64,000 nucleotides of DNA from Octopus sinensis (lineage: Eukaryota), in the NCBI RefSeq assembly GCF_006345805.1, contig NC_043003.1:56730001-56794000 (forward strand), given 5' to 3'. Positions within the stretch are counted from its first letter, which is position 1. Each line of letters begins with the position of its first letter. Positions 40,209 to 54,139 of the stretch are shown here, piece after piece. A program made the translations under genes and the position numbers. The notes under the pieces are model-generated. The model worked only from the letters and a program-made list of their open reading frames with translations, made no database searches and was not told the DNA's origin.

Positions 40209-41305
40209 TCTCAAGGTTTAAAACAAACATAATTTTCGGTTTAAAAAAAAAAAAAAATTTTTAGACATTCATTAGTACAATACCCCACCCCCAAATATAT
40301 GGCACACTAGGCATAACAACAGCATGAACTAAGTCCGTCAAGGTGGTGCTCAAGCTCACTCGCTAACAAATGTGTGAAGCAAATAGAAGACAAAAGAAAT
40401 ATATTCCTATGTGCAGTTTTGGTTGAAGTGACATTCAGGACAGGTGAGGTTTGAAGTGCGTTAAGTAATTATAGCAACATATGAAAGAACACCCACAAAA
40501 TTATTTGAAATGAAAGAAAGAGCAGCCAGCTTTCTCTAACACATTTCATTATAGAATGAGGGCGCATCTAGTTTATATCGCAGGAAAAATGAAGACTTAA
40601 ATATAAGAATAATTGTTTTAAATGTTAACTAAGATAAACTGAAAACCCAAGATGCACAAAAGACAAAGGTCTGCTTCACTCAGGTTGGCCGTGGGTTAAA
40701 CTACATCGCCAGTACAACCAATACTGTATCTTTATGAAATTTATGAATCTTCACTGTTGTGGATCAAATTTCCAGTCCAGAGAAAATTACATAAATGCTA
40801 AAAATAGCAGTCAAATTTCTATAAAATCAAAAATGAATATTCAAATTTTATACACTTTTCCTGAAACACTCACACTGCAAAACTAAGTAAATAAGTAACA
40901 ATATATAAATAAATTACAGCTAAACCAGATAAACAGAAGAACATACTTGAGGATAGAGTCCGAGATACACTGTGTCTAGAAGTATGCACTCGCTAAATAT
41001 GTTATAGTACTTGAGGGAAATGAGTTCATAATGGATCTGGCATGAGATAGTTCTATGTTTTCCCTGGGGGAAATAATGCATTGTGGTACGGTTTTAAAAT
41101 TACGTCACTCATTTTCTTGTCTTATAGTTTTACCCCTGTTGCGCTTTATAATTGGTGTATAAATTAAGCAACGGAAAAAACTATACGTTAATACATCAAC
41201 TATCTCGAGTGTCACGTTCAAAAACGCCCTGCGATAGTTGAAAATCCGCGAAGTAGAAGCAGTACTGTACTGTATTATTATTATTTATTATTATAATTTG
41301 CACAC

Positions 41306-41392
<87 letters not shown>

Positions 41393-41428
41393 GTGTGCAT
41401 ATATCTATTATAAAATGCAAAACAGCTT

Positions 41429-41825
41429 CTCAGCTTCGGGCAGCCAATGTTTCTCCGTAGGGCGGAGAAACAGTGGCCGCCCGAAGCTGAGGTACAGGGA
41501 CTGTGCAGGAGCGATAGGAAGGGACTTGGCATCAACACCAATTCCTGGCAGGATCTCGCAGCCGACTGAACCAGCTGGAGACGCTCTCTTCCCAAACAAC
41601 TACAGACCGAAGAGAATTTCAGGGTGGCAGCAGCTGACAACCGAGCACACAGAAAAGAAATGACAGCCAACAGACCAGATTCAACGTATAGGTGTAACCT
41701 CTACAAATGTGACAGCCACTCTCGCATCGGTTTCTACAGCCACGGGAGGCATTGCAAAAACTGAATAGACAACTCAACAGACGGATGACATCATCCATGG
41801 TCAGCCATGACCGACGGAGGCCTAA
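41429..41825 (+). mobile_element. RTE (BovB-like) LINE 3' end with 5' fold-back
   Basis: GRRNSGRPKLRYRDC, SWQDLAAD*TSWRR and the terminal finger YRCNLYKCDSHSRIGFYSHGRHC*; 3' hairpin ccatggtcagccatgaccgacggaggcc; 29-bp inverted copy at 41429-41457. Confidence 0.85.
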
Positions 41826-41964
41826 GAGAAGAGAAATGCAAAACAACACCACGGAGGAATTGACGCAAGCAAACATAATAAACCGCGATGGGTGAACCGT
41901 GATATGTGAACCACAATAAGGCGAGGGATTACTGCAACATATTTTCATCGATATAAACCTTTCT

Positions 41965-42172
41965 ACAACAGGCACAAGGCCCGAAATTTGGGGGAGGGGG
42001 ATAATCGATTACATCGGCACCAGTGTTTTATTGCTACTTAATTTAGTGACCCCGAAAGGATGAAATACAAAGTCGACCTCGGCGGAATTTGAACTCACAA
42101 TATTGTGACAGGCGCAATACCATTAAGCACTTCGTTTAGCGTGCTGACGACTCTGCTAGCTCGCTGCCTTGA
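41965..42172 (-). mobile_element. SINE family C, near full length
   Basis: aggcacaaggcccgaaattt...gaccccgaaaggatgaaatacaaagtcgacctcggcggaatttgaactc...ctcgctgcctt. Confidence 0.85.
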
Positions 42173-42739
42173 TTTTCATGGATATAATGCCTTCAGATTG
42201 TGCCTGATGGTAAATAGCATTACAACTATTTCTATGTTACTCGAGACGAATGAATGTTTACAGTATTGGCCTGAGTAAAAGTACATTTTATTTAATTCGG
42301 AGTCTCTGTGATCTACTACTGATACTATAACATAAATTATGCAGTTATATACGTAATCCTGTTCATAGTTGTACTATTTTCAAAACACACACACACAAAC
42401 ACATACACGCACAGAGACATTAAAAGTATTACTAGTAACCTAAATAGAGAATACGAAAAACGGAATTGTCTGAAGTAGTTGAAAAAGAAAAAAGTAAATA
42501 CACAAGATTTCGAAACAGAAATACACAAACACCCATGCATATATATATATAATATATATATATATATAATATATATATATATATACATATACATATACGT
42601 ATACATATAAATATGAATATATATATACATATATGTATACACATATGTATGTTTATATATATATTCATATATATGTGTATGTATGTATATATATATGTAT
42701 ATATATATATATTATATATATATATATAATATATATATG

Positions 42740-42776
<37 letters not shown>

Positions 42777-42788
42777 CTATATATATAT

Positions 42789-42876
<88 letters not shown>

Positions 42877-43953
42877 CACCTTGTTTTATTTTGTTTTCAT
42901 GTATTCTTAATGCCAGATTTTGAATCGTATCTGTATTTCCCAAAAGGATGACCGAACGTTTAAATGGTCCTATAAGGATATTTTGTGCTTTTTTATTATC
43001 TAATATCTAAGGAATGTTTTGATTCGAGTTATTTGTAAAAACATCGTAGGAAAACATTGTCGCTAGAAGATTCTAAGATAAGCTAAATGCATGTCGCAAC
43101 ATATACACGAAAAAACATCAAATAAATGTTAAACCGAAATATATCCACGGTTGGTACACGTTATCTTTAAACACAGAGTAACCAAGAATCTGCATGCATA
43201 AATGCCTATTCTTATTTATATCACTGAACTCCACCAAAAATAATATTTTATAGGGAAGAGGAAGAATTTGCAATAAACTGAAACTTCTATATAGCCATAG
43301 TGTTCCCGGAGTGGATTTTTGTATTGATAATAGTTTGACATGTTAATAATCCAAAGTTTCATATCCAGTGAAAAAAACCTCAAAATGGATGCTCTATCCG
43401 CCAGAGATAGCTACCAAATATTCATCGGATCCTTACTTGTTCAGAAACTGTAAAAATCAAGAAATGACATATTGGCTGAAATAATTCATGCACCCTGTCT
43501 CTTATTCCTCTGAAATGGATTTCAAAAACACTGTGAATATGGTTCAAAGGCACCGTCAGTAAATTCTCTAAAAAATTGTACATTTAGAGCCTGAGATGAT
43601 TTTTTTTTATAAATAGAAGTATAATTGAAACCTTCCATCACATATTCCATATATCATTCACAAATACATTAAGAGGTACAACAAAACTGAAAATATTCTT
43701 TTGATTTGATTTGGTTCCTTTTTATAGCAGTAGGGTGCATTATGAGTAATATTTCACTGTTATTTCTAGCGGAAGGCGTGACCATGGTGAAACCTCTTCA
43801 TTGGCTCAATAATAGCGGAGTATATCGAATTGATGAAATGTTTGTCCATGGTACATGAGCATTAGTTACCTAGATTCCTAATAAAACTAATCTGGGCAAC
43901 AAAACAACGACACATTTTTACAGATAGATAGAAATAGACAGAAAGACAGGCAT

Positions 43954-44047
<94 letters not shown>

Positions 44048-44711
44048 TGATTCACGACTAGATAGACAGAATAGTGGCTATGAATGTGTATTCGCTGTAT
44101 ACACACCTAACAAGTCTATTATTTTATCATTCTATGGAGAATTATCGATTATTGGTTGATAGGTGATTCTGTTAGCGATGGTGAGAAGAGAAAACATTGG
44201 AAATGCAATAAATGCTTTCAAATGAATTAACAAGGTAGAATGGTTGGCGCAGAGGAATATCAAACAGCATAGCTGTTGAACTCTTCAACAGAAATGTCGA
44301 GTTACATCATCACACTTGTGGATATATAAAGGAATACAAAAATATAAATAGACACGGTCGCATACAAAACACTCTTATGTATGCGCACATAGGTATATGC
44401 ATACAAATGTGTGTGTATACATATATATAAATATGTATGTGTGTGTGTGTATGTATGTATATATATTTATGTACAGATATATATGTGTCTGTGTGTCTAT
44501 ATGTGAAGTACATATTTACAATTACACATATATGTCAACTCAATATGGAGATATAAAAAATTACTGACGCATATATAGCTACACATACAAAGAAACACAC
44601 ACTCGCACACGTATATATTTATGTATAATTACATATATTTATATACCAAATGCGCATGCAGATGTATGTATATGAATCAATGTACTTACACACCATACAT
44701 ACATATATATG

Positions 44712-44766
<55 letters not shown>

Positions 44767-45035
44767 ATATATATATGGGTATGTATAGATACACATTTTT
44801 ATATATATATATATGCATATAGATGTACATATGCGTACATATATATATGTATATAACACACACACATACACATATATATATATACATATGCGTATATATT
44901 ATATGTATATATATATATATACACAAACACACGCGAATATGTTTAAAACCGTAGAAATATATATATATATATGCATACATGCTTACATATTACATACACA
45001 CACACGCACACACGGACACACACACACACACACAC

Positions 45036-45076
<41 letters not shown>

Positions 45077-45455
45077 TATATATTCATATATATACAAAAA
45101 GAGAAACAGATAGAGTTATTGTGTATGGAACACATTAACACTTAACCACAAAGAGGCGTGCATAAAATTTAGTCCAGCATCATACCCTTAGGAAGGGCGA
45201 ATTAGAACAAATTAAGAGATATGCTTTAATCTCATCATCAGCATATCAATAGTTAATCTCAATTGAATATATTCATGTGTCCAGGGTAGAAAGCTGGCTA
45301 CTGTTACGAGATAATGGTACTTTGAAAGATAATTTATGACGCCTGAAAAATGCTGAGTGTAGTAAACGTTAGTATTTTAGTAGCGTTATAACTAATGTCT
45401 CTGGCAAGGATCTGCCGCAATAAACGCGTCTGAATGAATGCATGTGTGTGTGTGT

Positions 45456-45499
<44 letters not shown>

Positions 45500-45977
45500 T
45501 GTGTGCATGTGTAATGTGTAGATATGTATTAAATTCTGCATGCAAGTATGCATGTGTATACGAATATATATATATATATATATATAATATATATATATAT
45601 ATACGTATGTATGTATGTATGCACACTCACACAGACACGCAATTCTTTTTTCTTGGGTGTATGTGATCGTGAATATGCTGATTAGATGTAATATATTCGG
45701 TTGGCCAAAAGGAATGGACAAAATGGTTTGAGACATTTGTTCCGGTTCGTTATATTAAGAGCTCAAATCCTGCCGAAAGTAACTATGCTCTCCAACGCTT
45801 CGCGGTCCAGAGGATAAAGCATCAATTCTGAACTGAGATTGACGGTGTTCCCCGACACACCTCCGCTCATAACTTCTGGACTTATATCTAAGTTAGAAAT
45901 AATTATCATTGTTGTTGTTATTGATGTAGTACTCGTGATGTTAATTGGGATAATATATCTAAAAATAATCATATACA

Positions 45978-46395
45978 TATGGAGTGGTTGAGTGGTAAGT
46001 AGCTTGGTTACCAACCGCATCGTTCCGGGTTCAGCCCCACTGCGTGACACCTTGGGCAAGTGTTTACTACTTTAGCCTCGGGCCGACCAAAGCTTTCTGA
46101 GTGGATTTGATACACGGAAACTGAAATAAACCAGTATATATGTGTGTGGGTGTGTGGGTGTGTGTGTGTGTATATATATGTATGTGTGTGTGTCTGCCCC
46201 CCCCCCCAGCATCACTTGACAACCGATGCTGGTGTGTTTATGTCCCTGTAACTTAGCAGTTTAGCAAAAGCGACCGATAGAATATGTACTACGCTTACAA
46301 AGAATAAGTCCTGGGATCGACTTGCTCGACTAACAGGCGGTGCTCCAGCATGGCCGCAGTCACATGACTGAAAGACGTAAAAGAGAGTAAAGAGT
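45978..46395 (+). mobile_element. SINE family A (in duplication unit 1)
   Basis: Full family-A structure with central (TG)n. Confidence 0.9.
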
Positions 46396-46682
46396 ATATT
46401 TACATACATACACACACAAACATGCAGACACACATATATATATAAAAATGAAAATAAGCAACAGGATATCAAGTAGTGAGGTAGTGCGACCGTTTCAAGC
46501 GGCTTCATCTAATTCAACAATGATGTCATTACATCAATTTGAATGGTTGTACCGCATCCCTACTTGATATATCCTGTTGCTTATTTTGATATTATTAACC
46601 TAACTTCGAGCTACACATATAATACCGGACTGACTTGGTGCTTCAACTTAAGTACCTAATTCAACAGAAACTCAATTATTTC

Positions 46683-46731
<49 letters not shown>

Positions 46732-46804
46732 TGTGTGCATGTGTAATGTGTAGATATGTATTAAATTCTGCATGCAAGTATGCATGTGTATACGAATATA
46801 TATA

Positions 46805-46842
<38 letters not shown>

Positions 46843-47214
46843 GTATGTATGTATGTATGCACACTCACACAGACACGCAATTCTTTTTTCTTGGGTGTAT
46901 GTGATCGTGAATATGCTGATTAGATGTAATATATTCGGTTGGCCAAAAGGAATGGACAAAATGGTTTGAGACATTTGTTCCGGTTCGTTATATTAAGAGC
47001 TCAAATCCTGCCGAAAGTAACTATGCTCTCCAACGCTTCGCGGTCCAGAGGATAAAGCATCAATTCTGAACTGAGATTGACGGTGTTCCCCGACACACCT
47101 CCGCTCATAACTTCTGGACTTATATCTAAGTTAGAAATAATTATCATTGTTGTTGTTATTGATGTAGTACTCGTGATGTTAATTGGATAATATATCTAAA
47201 AATAATCATATACA

Positions 47215-47632
47215 TATGGAGTGGTTGAGTGGTAAGTAGCTTGGTTACCAACCGCATCGTTCCGGGTTCAGCCCCACTGCGTGACACCTTGGGCAAGTGT
47301 TTACTACTTTAGCCTCGGGCCGACCAAAGCTTTCTGAGTGGATTTGATACACGGAAACTGAAATAAACCAGTATATATGTGTGTGGGTGTGTGGGTGTGT
47401 GTGTGTGTATATATATGTATGTGTGTGTGTCTGCCCCCCCCCCCAGCATCACTTGACAACCGATGCTGGTGTGTTTATGTCCCTGTAACTTAGCAGTTTA
47501 GCAAAAGCGACCGATAGAATATGTACTACGCTTACAAAGAATAAGTCCTGGGATCGACTTGCTCGACTAACAGGCGGTGCTCCAGCATGGCCGCAGTCAC
47601 ATGACTGAAAGACGTAAAAGAGAGTAAAGAGT
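47215..47632 (+). mobile_element. SINE family A (in duplication unit 2)
   Basis: Identical to 45978-46395. Confidence 0.9.
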
Positions 47633-47919
47633 ATATTTACATACATACACACACAAACATGCAGACACACATATATATATAAAAATGAAAATAAGCAACA
47701 GGATATCAAGTAGTGAGGTAGTGCGACCGTTTCAAGCGGCTTCATCTAATTCAACAATGATGTCATTACATCAATTTGAATGGTTGTACCGCATCCCTAC
47801 TTGATATATCCTGTTGCTTATTTTGATATTATTAACCTAACTTCGAGCTACACATATAATACCGGACTGACTTGGTGCTTCAACTTAAGTACCTAATTCA
47901 ACAGAAACTCAATTATTTC

Positions 47920-47954
<35 letters not shown>

Positions 47955-48449
47955 TGTGTCTGTGTGTGTGTGTGTGCGCGTGTGTGTGTGTGTGTGCAGG
48001 CGTGTCTGTGTGATAAGAAGCTTTCTTTACGAGCACATGGTTCTGGGTGCAGTCCGACTATATCGCCTTTTGCGGAATTGTCAGCTACTATAACCTTGCA
48101 TCGACCAAAGTTTTGTGAGTGAATTTGTGGATTTGGACCCCACCACCACCACCATCTCCCTCATTAAGCAGTTTGTGAAATGTTTTCGAGAGAATCAGCA
48201 GAAGGTTTTAAAAAATTATTGTCGACGAATCATTCGGCTGAAAATTCTACAAAGGCAGTGTAATGATTGAAACAAGTAATATATAAGAGATACTTCATGT
48301 GATTACTCGCTTTACTATTCATATATTCACACACGTATATATTCATACGTACGCATACTCACTACTAGAATTGCTTTAATAATAACTACATTTTCGTATC
48401 GGTCTTCACATACGAACAATAAGAATTTGAATGTACTTATCCTTTTCTT

Positions 48450-48920
48450 ATATAGACGAGTACATCATGTCTTCTCGTGTTGCAACCTGCGTATGGGTGA
48501 AAGTTTTTTTCTGTCGTATGCTGCTTCACGATCGCTAAGGGCGGCATTTGAAATGGGGAAGAACATCTACCAAGCCGACATCAAATCTGGACGACATTTT
48601 CAAAGGAAAGACCTACGTTCACGTTGCGACGTTGCAGAGCATGATCCTTGGAAATTTTCGCTGGTTGTCTGAGAAGAATTTCTGAAGTAGTAAACATGTG
48701 CGAATACTTTTATTTTGTTTCAGAAGGGAAATCGCAAAATTGATTCGTTTTGTCACAAAATCACCTACTGAGAGATAAGCTGCAATAAAACCGATCCGCT
48801 GTAGGAAGCTGTATCATCGTATGAAACTTAAGTAATCTTTTCGAAATACCATAACAGGTGACGAAAAACGTGCTACATGACTTTACGGTTCAAAGAAAAG
48901 TTCATTGTTGTAGTGGGGTG
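48450..48920 (+). mobile_element. Degraded mariner transposase N-terminal fragment
   Basis: FEMGKNIYQADIKSGR (F..GR.S.EDD.RSGR-like), FVTK (FVPK-like) and FRNTITGDEK (IITGDETW-like). Confidence 0.6.
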
Positions 48921-48972
48921 ACGCATTTTCTGTGTGACCTATATAAACATATCATAATCATACAAATATAGT

Positions 48973-49044
<72 letters not shown>

Positions 49045-49045
<1 letters not shown>

Positions 49046-49387
49046 TGAAGGCGCATGGCTCAGTGGTTAGAACGTCGAGCTTACGATCGTGAGGTTGTGA
49101 GTTCGATTCCCTGACTGGGCTGCGTGTTATGTTCTTGAGCAAGGCACTATATTTCACGTTGTTCCGGTTAACTCAGCTGTAGAAATGAGTTGCGACATCA
49201 CTGGTGCCAAGCTGAATCGGCCTTTGCCTTCCCTTTGAATAACATCAGTGGTGTGGAGGGGGGGAGGCTGGTAAACCTGGGCGACTGATGGCCTTCCGCA
49301 AACAACCTTGCTCGAATTTGTGCCTCGAAGGGTAACTTTCTACGTGCAATCCCATGGTCATTCGTGACCGAAGGAGTTCTCCTCCTC
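49045..49387 (+). mobile_element. tRNA-derived SINE (family-B-like head) with RTE-like 3' tail, embedded in (AGT)n
   Basis: Head gtgaaggcgcatggctcagtggttag...gagttcgattccc; tail ccatggtcattcgtgaccgaagg; (AGT)n on both sides. Confidence 0.85.
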
Positions 49388-49469
<82 letters not shown>

Positions 49470-51296
49470 TTGGTGTTGATTGTTAATATTTCGTTGGAGA
49501 CTCTTCTTCCTTGAGTTTGTTTTGCTTGTTAGTAAATCAGTTATGAGCTTCATTTGGGAAAATTATTTCTTTGATTTGATGCACTTAGCAAAGGTAGGAT
49601 CAAGGCAGAAGCCCTTGTCAGTGACATCGAATTGTTGCTGCACAATATGTACAAACATTAGTCTTTAATTGTGATATAATTCAGGCAAAGAATGAAATTA
49701 ATATCGTAGTACTGAATTCTGAATTTGGCTTCTTCAAACTTATATAACTTCCTAAAGTTCATATCTACCCTCTAAAGTCACCGATATCAAACGATAGAGG
49801 GGACTGTAGAAATTGATTACAGCACCTGCTTCCTAATCCTGAAAACGCGATGCAGATCGTCTTCCAAATTTAGAGAAACAAAAAGTTTAATCCATGCGAC
49901 TGATGTTGATAATGCGCTAATGGGAAAGCGGTCGAATATGTAGATTGCATTATATTGCTGGCGATATAACAGGTTTGATGTTTATTAAATGTGGATTGTC
50001 TTTATTTCTCCATTTTTTTTACCTTTTAGGCTTTTACTTGCTTTCATAATATACCATTGGCGTTAGTTTATTGCTTGGTATAATGCAATTCGCGTTTTGT
50101 TGTATGAGACTTTCCTTAATATATTCAGATTTTCTAGCGTTGATGTATATCTGTGTCATGTCGTAGCAATTCATTTGTAGAAAATAAATAAATGTGGTAC
50201 GGATTGTCTTGGGAAAGATATTAAACTAAGTGTGGTGTGGTACACCAGCCTTGGACGGAGAAGATTTAGGGGGTTATAAATCACCGCTACTCTCAGGCGT
50301 GTCATGGTTGCTGGTATTATAGCACTTGTCAAATGCTGCACTTATGGTTCAAATAGCAGAAAATGTTCTTTTGATTAACTCATGGTGCTGGTTGTTTGGT
50401 ATGTCATACGTGTATACACCAGTTAATGGACATAGCTTAATGTCAGCTGACATTAAACTATGGCTTATTCTTAAGAACCGAATAAGCCCAGTGCCTCAGG
50501 GACATACACAGAAGCGTAGAAGACTAGGAATGCAAATCGAAAATAAACCGGTAGAAGATAAGGACTCATTGCTCTCTGATTCCCAAGAAAAGAAGCATAA
50601 ATGTCCTTAATTACCATTGCATATAAAACAGGCGTATGACATTTGGAGGAAAAGAAGTAATCGATGTACCACATAGGGATGTGTATCCCTTTTTACCAAT
50701 ATGAAGGTCAAGCGAGTTGTGTGTGTGTAATTTGTCTATTACCTATTATACAATGCTATGTGCTTAGAGTATCATATTTCCTTCTATGTTGCTCTGCGGT
50801 TTGTTCTAACAGTTTGTTTCAATCTCTGTGAGCATGTTTGGTTTATTTTGTAGCCTTTATAAACCTTTCCATCAAAAACCTATAAGTCCTGGTAAGCAAA
50901 AATGAAGAGGAATCAGATTATCTCTCCTTATTACAAAGTGGATGATATACGTGCTTACATCTCTTCGTCATAAAGCTGAGAGCGACAAACTGATGAAACA
51001 CCGATGAGAAGTTTAGGAAATTCATTCTTCTATTAAAGGCTCAGGAGATCATATTTCATAATAAAATATGTATTGGGAAATATCATGGCCATTTTTGCGA
51101 TGCAATGGATATGTGCGTGTGCGTGCGAGAGTATATATATATATATATGTATGTATGTATATATGTATGTATGCATGCATCCAACTTTGTACACACACAA
51201 TCACACACAAACACACAAACACACACACGCATACGCACACACACATATATACACACAGAGGCACAAATACACACACACACGCATATATATATATAT

Positions 51297-51336
<40 letters not shown>

Positions 51337-51778
51337 TAATATTCTTGTCAATGAATAAATTTGTTCTCAAAAGTATGGAGTAATCCTTCAGATTAATGTA
51401 AAATTGTTTTTATTATAACATAAAAACAGCACATATTTGTGTGTGTATCTGCATACTTAGGTGTGTGTGTTTGAGTGTGTGAGTGTATGTGTGTGTGCGT
51501 TTTTACGTGCCTGTGTGTGTCTGTGTGTGTGTGCCTGTATGCGTCTGTGTGTGTTTGTGTGTGTGTGCGCATATATGTGGTAGGTTCCACAGACAGTAGA
51601 ATTAAGGCAAGATAAGCGGATTATTAATGGTTAGCCTCCCATTCTATAAACAATAGCACTCGTTCCCACACACACACACACGCACACACGCACACATACA
51701 CAGACTAATGACTTTAACCGGATTCATTGATGACGTATGAAGAGAAATAAGGGGAGTTGGATTTGTAAATTACTTGAT

Positions 51779-51819
<41 letters not shown>

Positions 51820-52657
51820 CCCTCGCTCTCTTATTTCCTTACGCGTATACACACACGTCAAGAACACATCCAGGCTTGAAATCAACCGACGAAGAAATGG
51901 AAAAGAGGACTATGTATGCTTGTGCATGTGGGTATTGTGTGCTTCTGAATATCAATTTTAGAACATGTGTGATTGCATAAAATAATTGTATGTTTTGGGA
52001 ATCAATGAAACTCGAAATGCTGATTGTTTCAAAGTCAGTTCAGTGTTGAAAACGTAATATGAAAGCGGTGTACAAACGGTAAAAGCATACAAAGTCAATG
52101 GTTTGCGAAATGAAACCTGATTTTACACTCCACTTAAAACTGACTCCGGAAAATGCATTTGCGCCTGATTTTCACATTGAATATTCTATTTCAAAATTTG
52201 GAACCAGCTGAAAAGAATCAAAAAAGACATTGTAAATTTAGTACAATACCCTCTATTGCCGTGATTAGGTTATCTACCTGTTTCTACGAACAGAAACCCA
52301 ATCAATCCCACTCGTATCTTTTGGCGTTCTCCCTCTTAAAGGCATTTTCTTCAGATATCATAGATATCATTATCAAAAGCTTTCTCATTCCCAATACACA
52401 GAAATAGACACCCTTTTGAAGTGAAGGAACATGCTGACCAACTGAATTAGAACTGAACGCGTGAAAAGACAGAGAAGCCAAACTGAAACAGGCCATCAGC
52501 AAGCAACATGGAGAAGAAGCACTGCTTACTGTACATCTCACTCTTCTCTTTCTCTTTCTACACACATACACATGCGCACACAAACACACACATACATGCA
52601 CACACAAAGATACATACATGCATACATATGTGTATACATACATGCATACATATGTGT

Positions 52658-52721
<64 letters not shown>

Positions 52722-52899
52722 ACACGACATATAACTAATTCTTTACGACACAAAATATTACATTTCACACCAATACTTCGACTCAAACAATGAATCCATG
52801 GACACATCAGCACATTCCTAAAACGTAGGAGTATATTGGCTACAACAACAATAGAAGATACTCGTTCACACACACACAAACACACACACACACACACAT

Positions 52900-52958
<59 letters not shown>

Positions 52959-53644
52959 CGGGGTGGTGGTTATTCCTGGGATCTTTGCAAGGAACTGCGT
53001 TCACCATGGATTGGTTAATATCATAATCATTTTATATGAGAATGCTTGTACATCTACAAATTTGTTGATATAAATATACATGTATATGAATACGAAATGC
53101 ATGTTTATATTACATATATATATATAAATAAATTGAATTTGGACATTAAGTTACTAAATGTTGCGAAAAACACTGAAGTAATGTTATCTATTTAATATCA
53201 TATAATATAATTTCAGCAAGTAACCACTTGTGCAATGGAGATGAAACAATAGCAGTATTATGTGATAAAACGTGTTTGCTCAATCAGATATCTCGGTTAC
53301 ACAAACACATAACACACACAAACACACACACACACACACTTACACATATATACATACATGCATACATATAAATATACACATACGTACGTACATATATGCG
53401 TACGTACGTCTGTAAACCTATATGCTAATATGTAGGTGTGGTTTATATGTGTTTGGGTTTCAATTCGGATGAAGAAATTGTTACTCAGTAGAACTGTTTA
53501 GCATCAGCCTAGTTTTGGGTGGCGTGTATAAGAGGGTTGGCTGTAAAGATCATCGGTGGACTGTGAATGTATGATCCTAGAGCGTCGCATCTTGTATACA
53601 TTAACTTAAAATTTTCTTATTAATAATTATATTGTTTTTTTTCC

Positions 53645-53848
53645 ATAGGAGAGACTGTGTGGTAAGTAGCTTGCTTACCAGTAACATGGTCCGGCTTCAG
53701 TCCCACTGCGTGGCACCTTGGGCACGTGTCTTCTACTATAGTCTCGGGCCGACCAAAGCGTTGAGAGCGGATTTGGTAGACGGAAACTGAAAGAAGCTCG
53801 TGGTATATATGTATGTATATATATATATATATAATATATATATATATA

Positions 53849-53881
<33 letters not shown>

Positions 53882-54090
53882 CGGTGTTTGTTCCCCCAAC
53901 ATCGCTTGGCAACCGATGCTGGTGTGTTTACGTCCCCGTAACTTAGCAGTTTGGCAAAAGAGACCGATAGAATAAGTACTAGGCTTAGAAATAATAAGTC
54001 CTGGGGTAGATTTATTCGACTAAAGGCGGTGCTCCAGCATGGCCACAGTCAAATGAGTGAAACAAGTAAAAGAGTAAAAGGGTGAAGAGT
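53645..54090 (+). mobile_element. SINE family A, full length, young-looking
   Basis: Close match to 1891-2297 including the central (TA)n(TG)n. Confidence 0.9.
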
Positions 54091-54139
54091 ATACTACCAT
54101 ATGTCTGTTCAAAGAAGTCTTCAAATGTTACTAGTAGCT

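Larger units (their letters stand above)
38607..40330 (+). mobile_element. 5'-truncated R4/Dong-type non-LTR retrotransposon (RT plus restriction-like endonuclease) inserted at (AAT)n
   Basis: Begins at GYKMFDKNINHLIYMDD directly after (AAT)n. Contains RT C-terminal half, thumb (HPKADTERLYLPRKEGGRGL), CxxC..H knuckle, RHD motif, PD..D..K nuclease and the C-terminal GTAHILRKIL. The 3' UTR boundary is approximate and no (TAA)n tail is visible. Confidence 0.92.
45490..47920. repeat. Near-identical tandem duplication, period about 1237 bp, with breakpoints in (TG)n
   Basis: Unit 1 about 45490-46682 and unit 2 about 46720-47920; identical ORF translations at 46212-46508 and 47449-47745; visible differences only in the TA-run and one ggg/gg. 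Confidence 0.95.

Noticed and set aside
41238-41663. 141-aa plus-strand ORF
   Set aside because: Chimera of a (CA)n/(TA)n tract and the RTE fragment; only the GRPKLRY part is real coding ancestry.
50326-50700. 94-aa ORF and a faint IPKK..NY..I resemblance to LINE RT domain 1
   Set aside because: A single weak motif with no colinear support.
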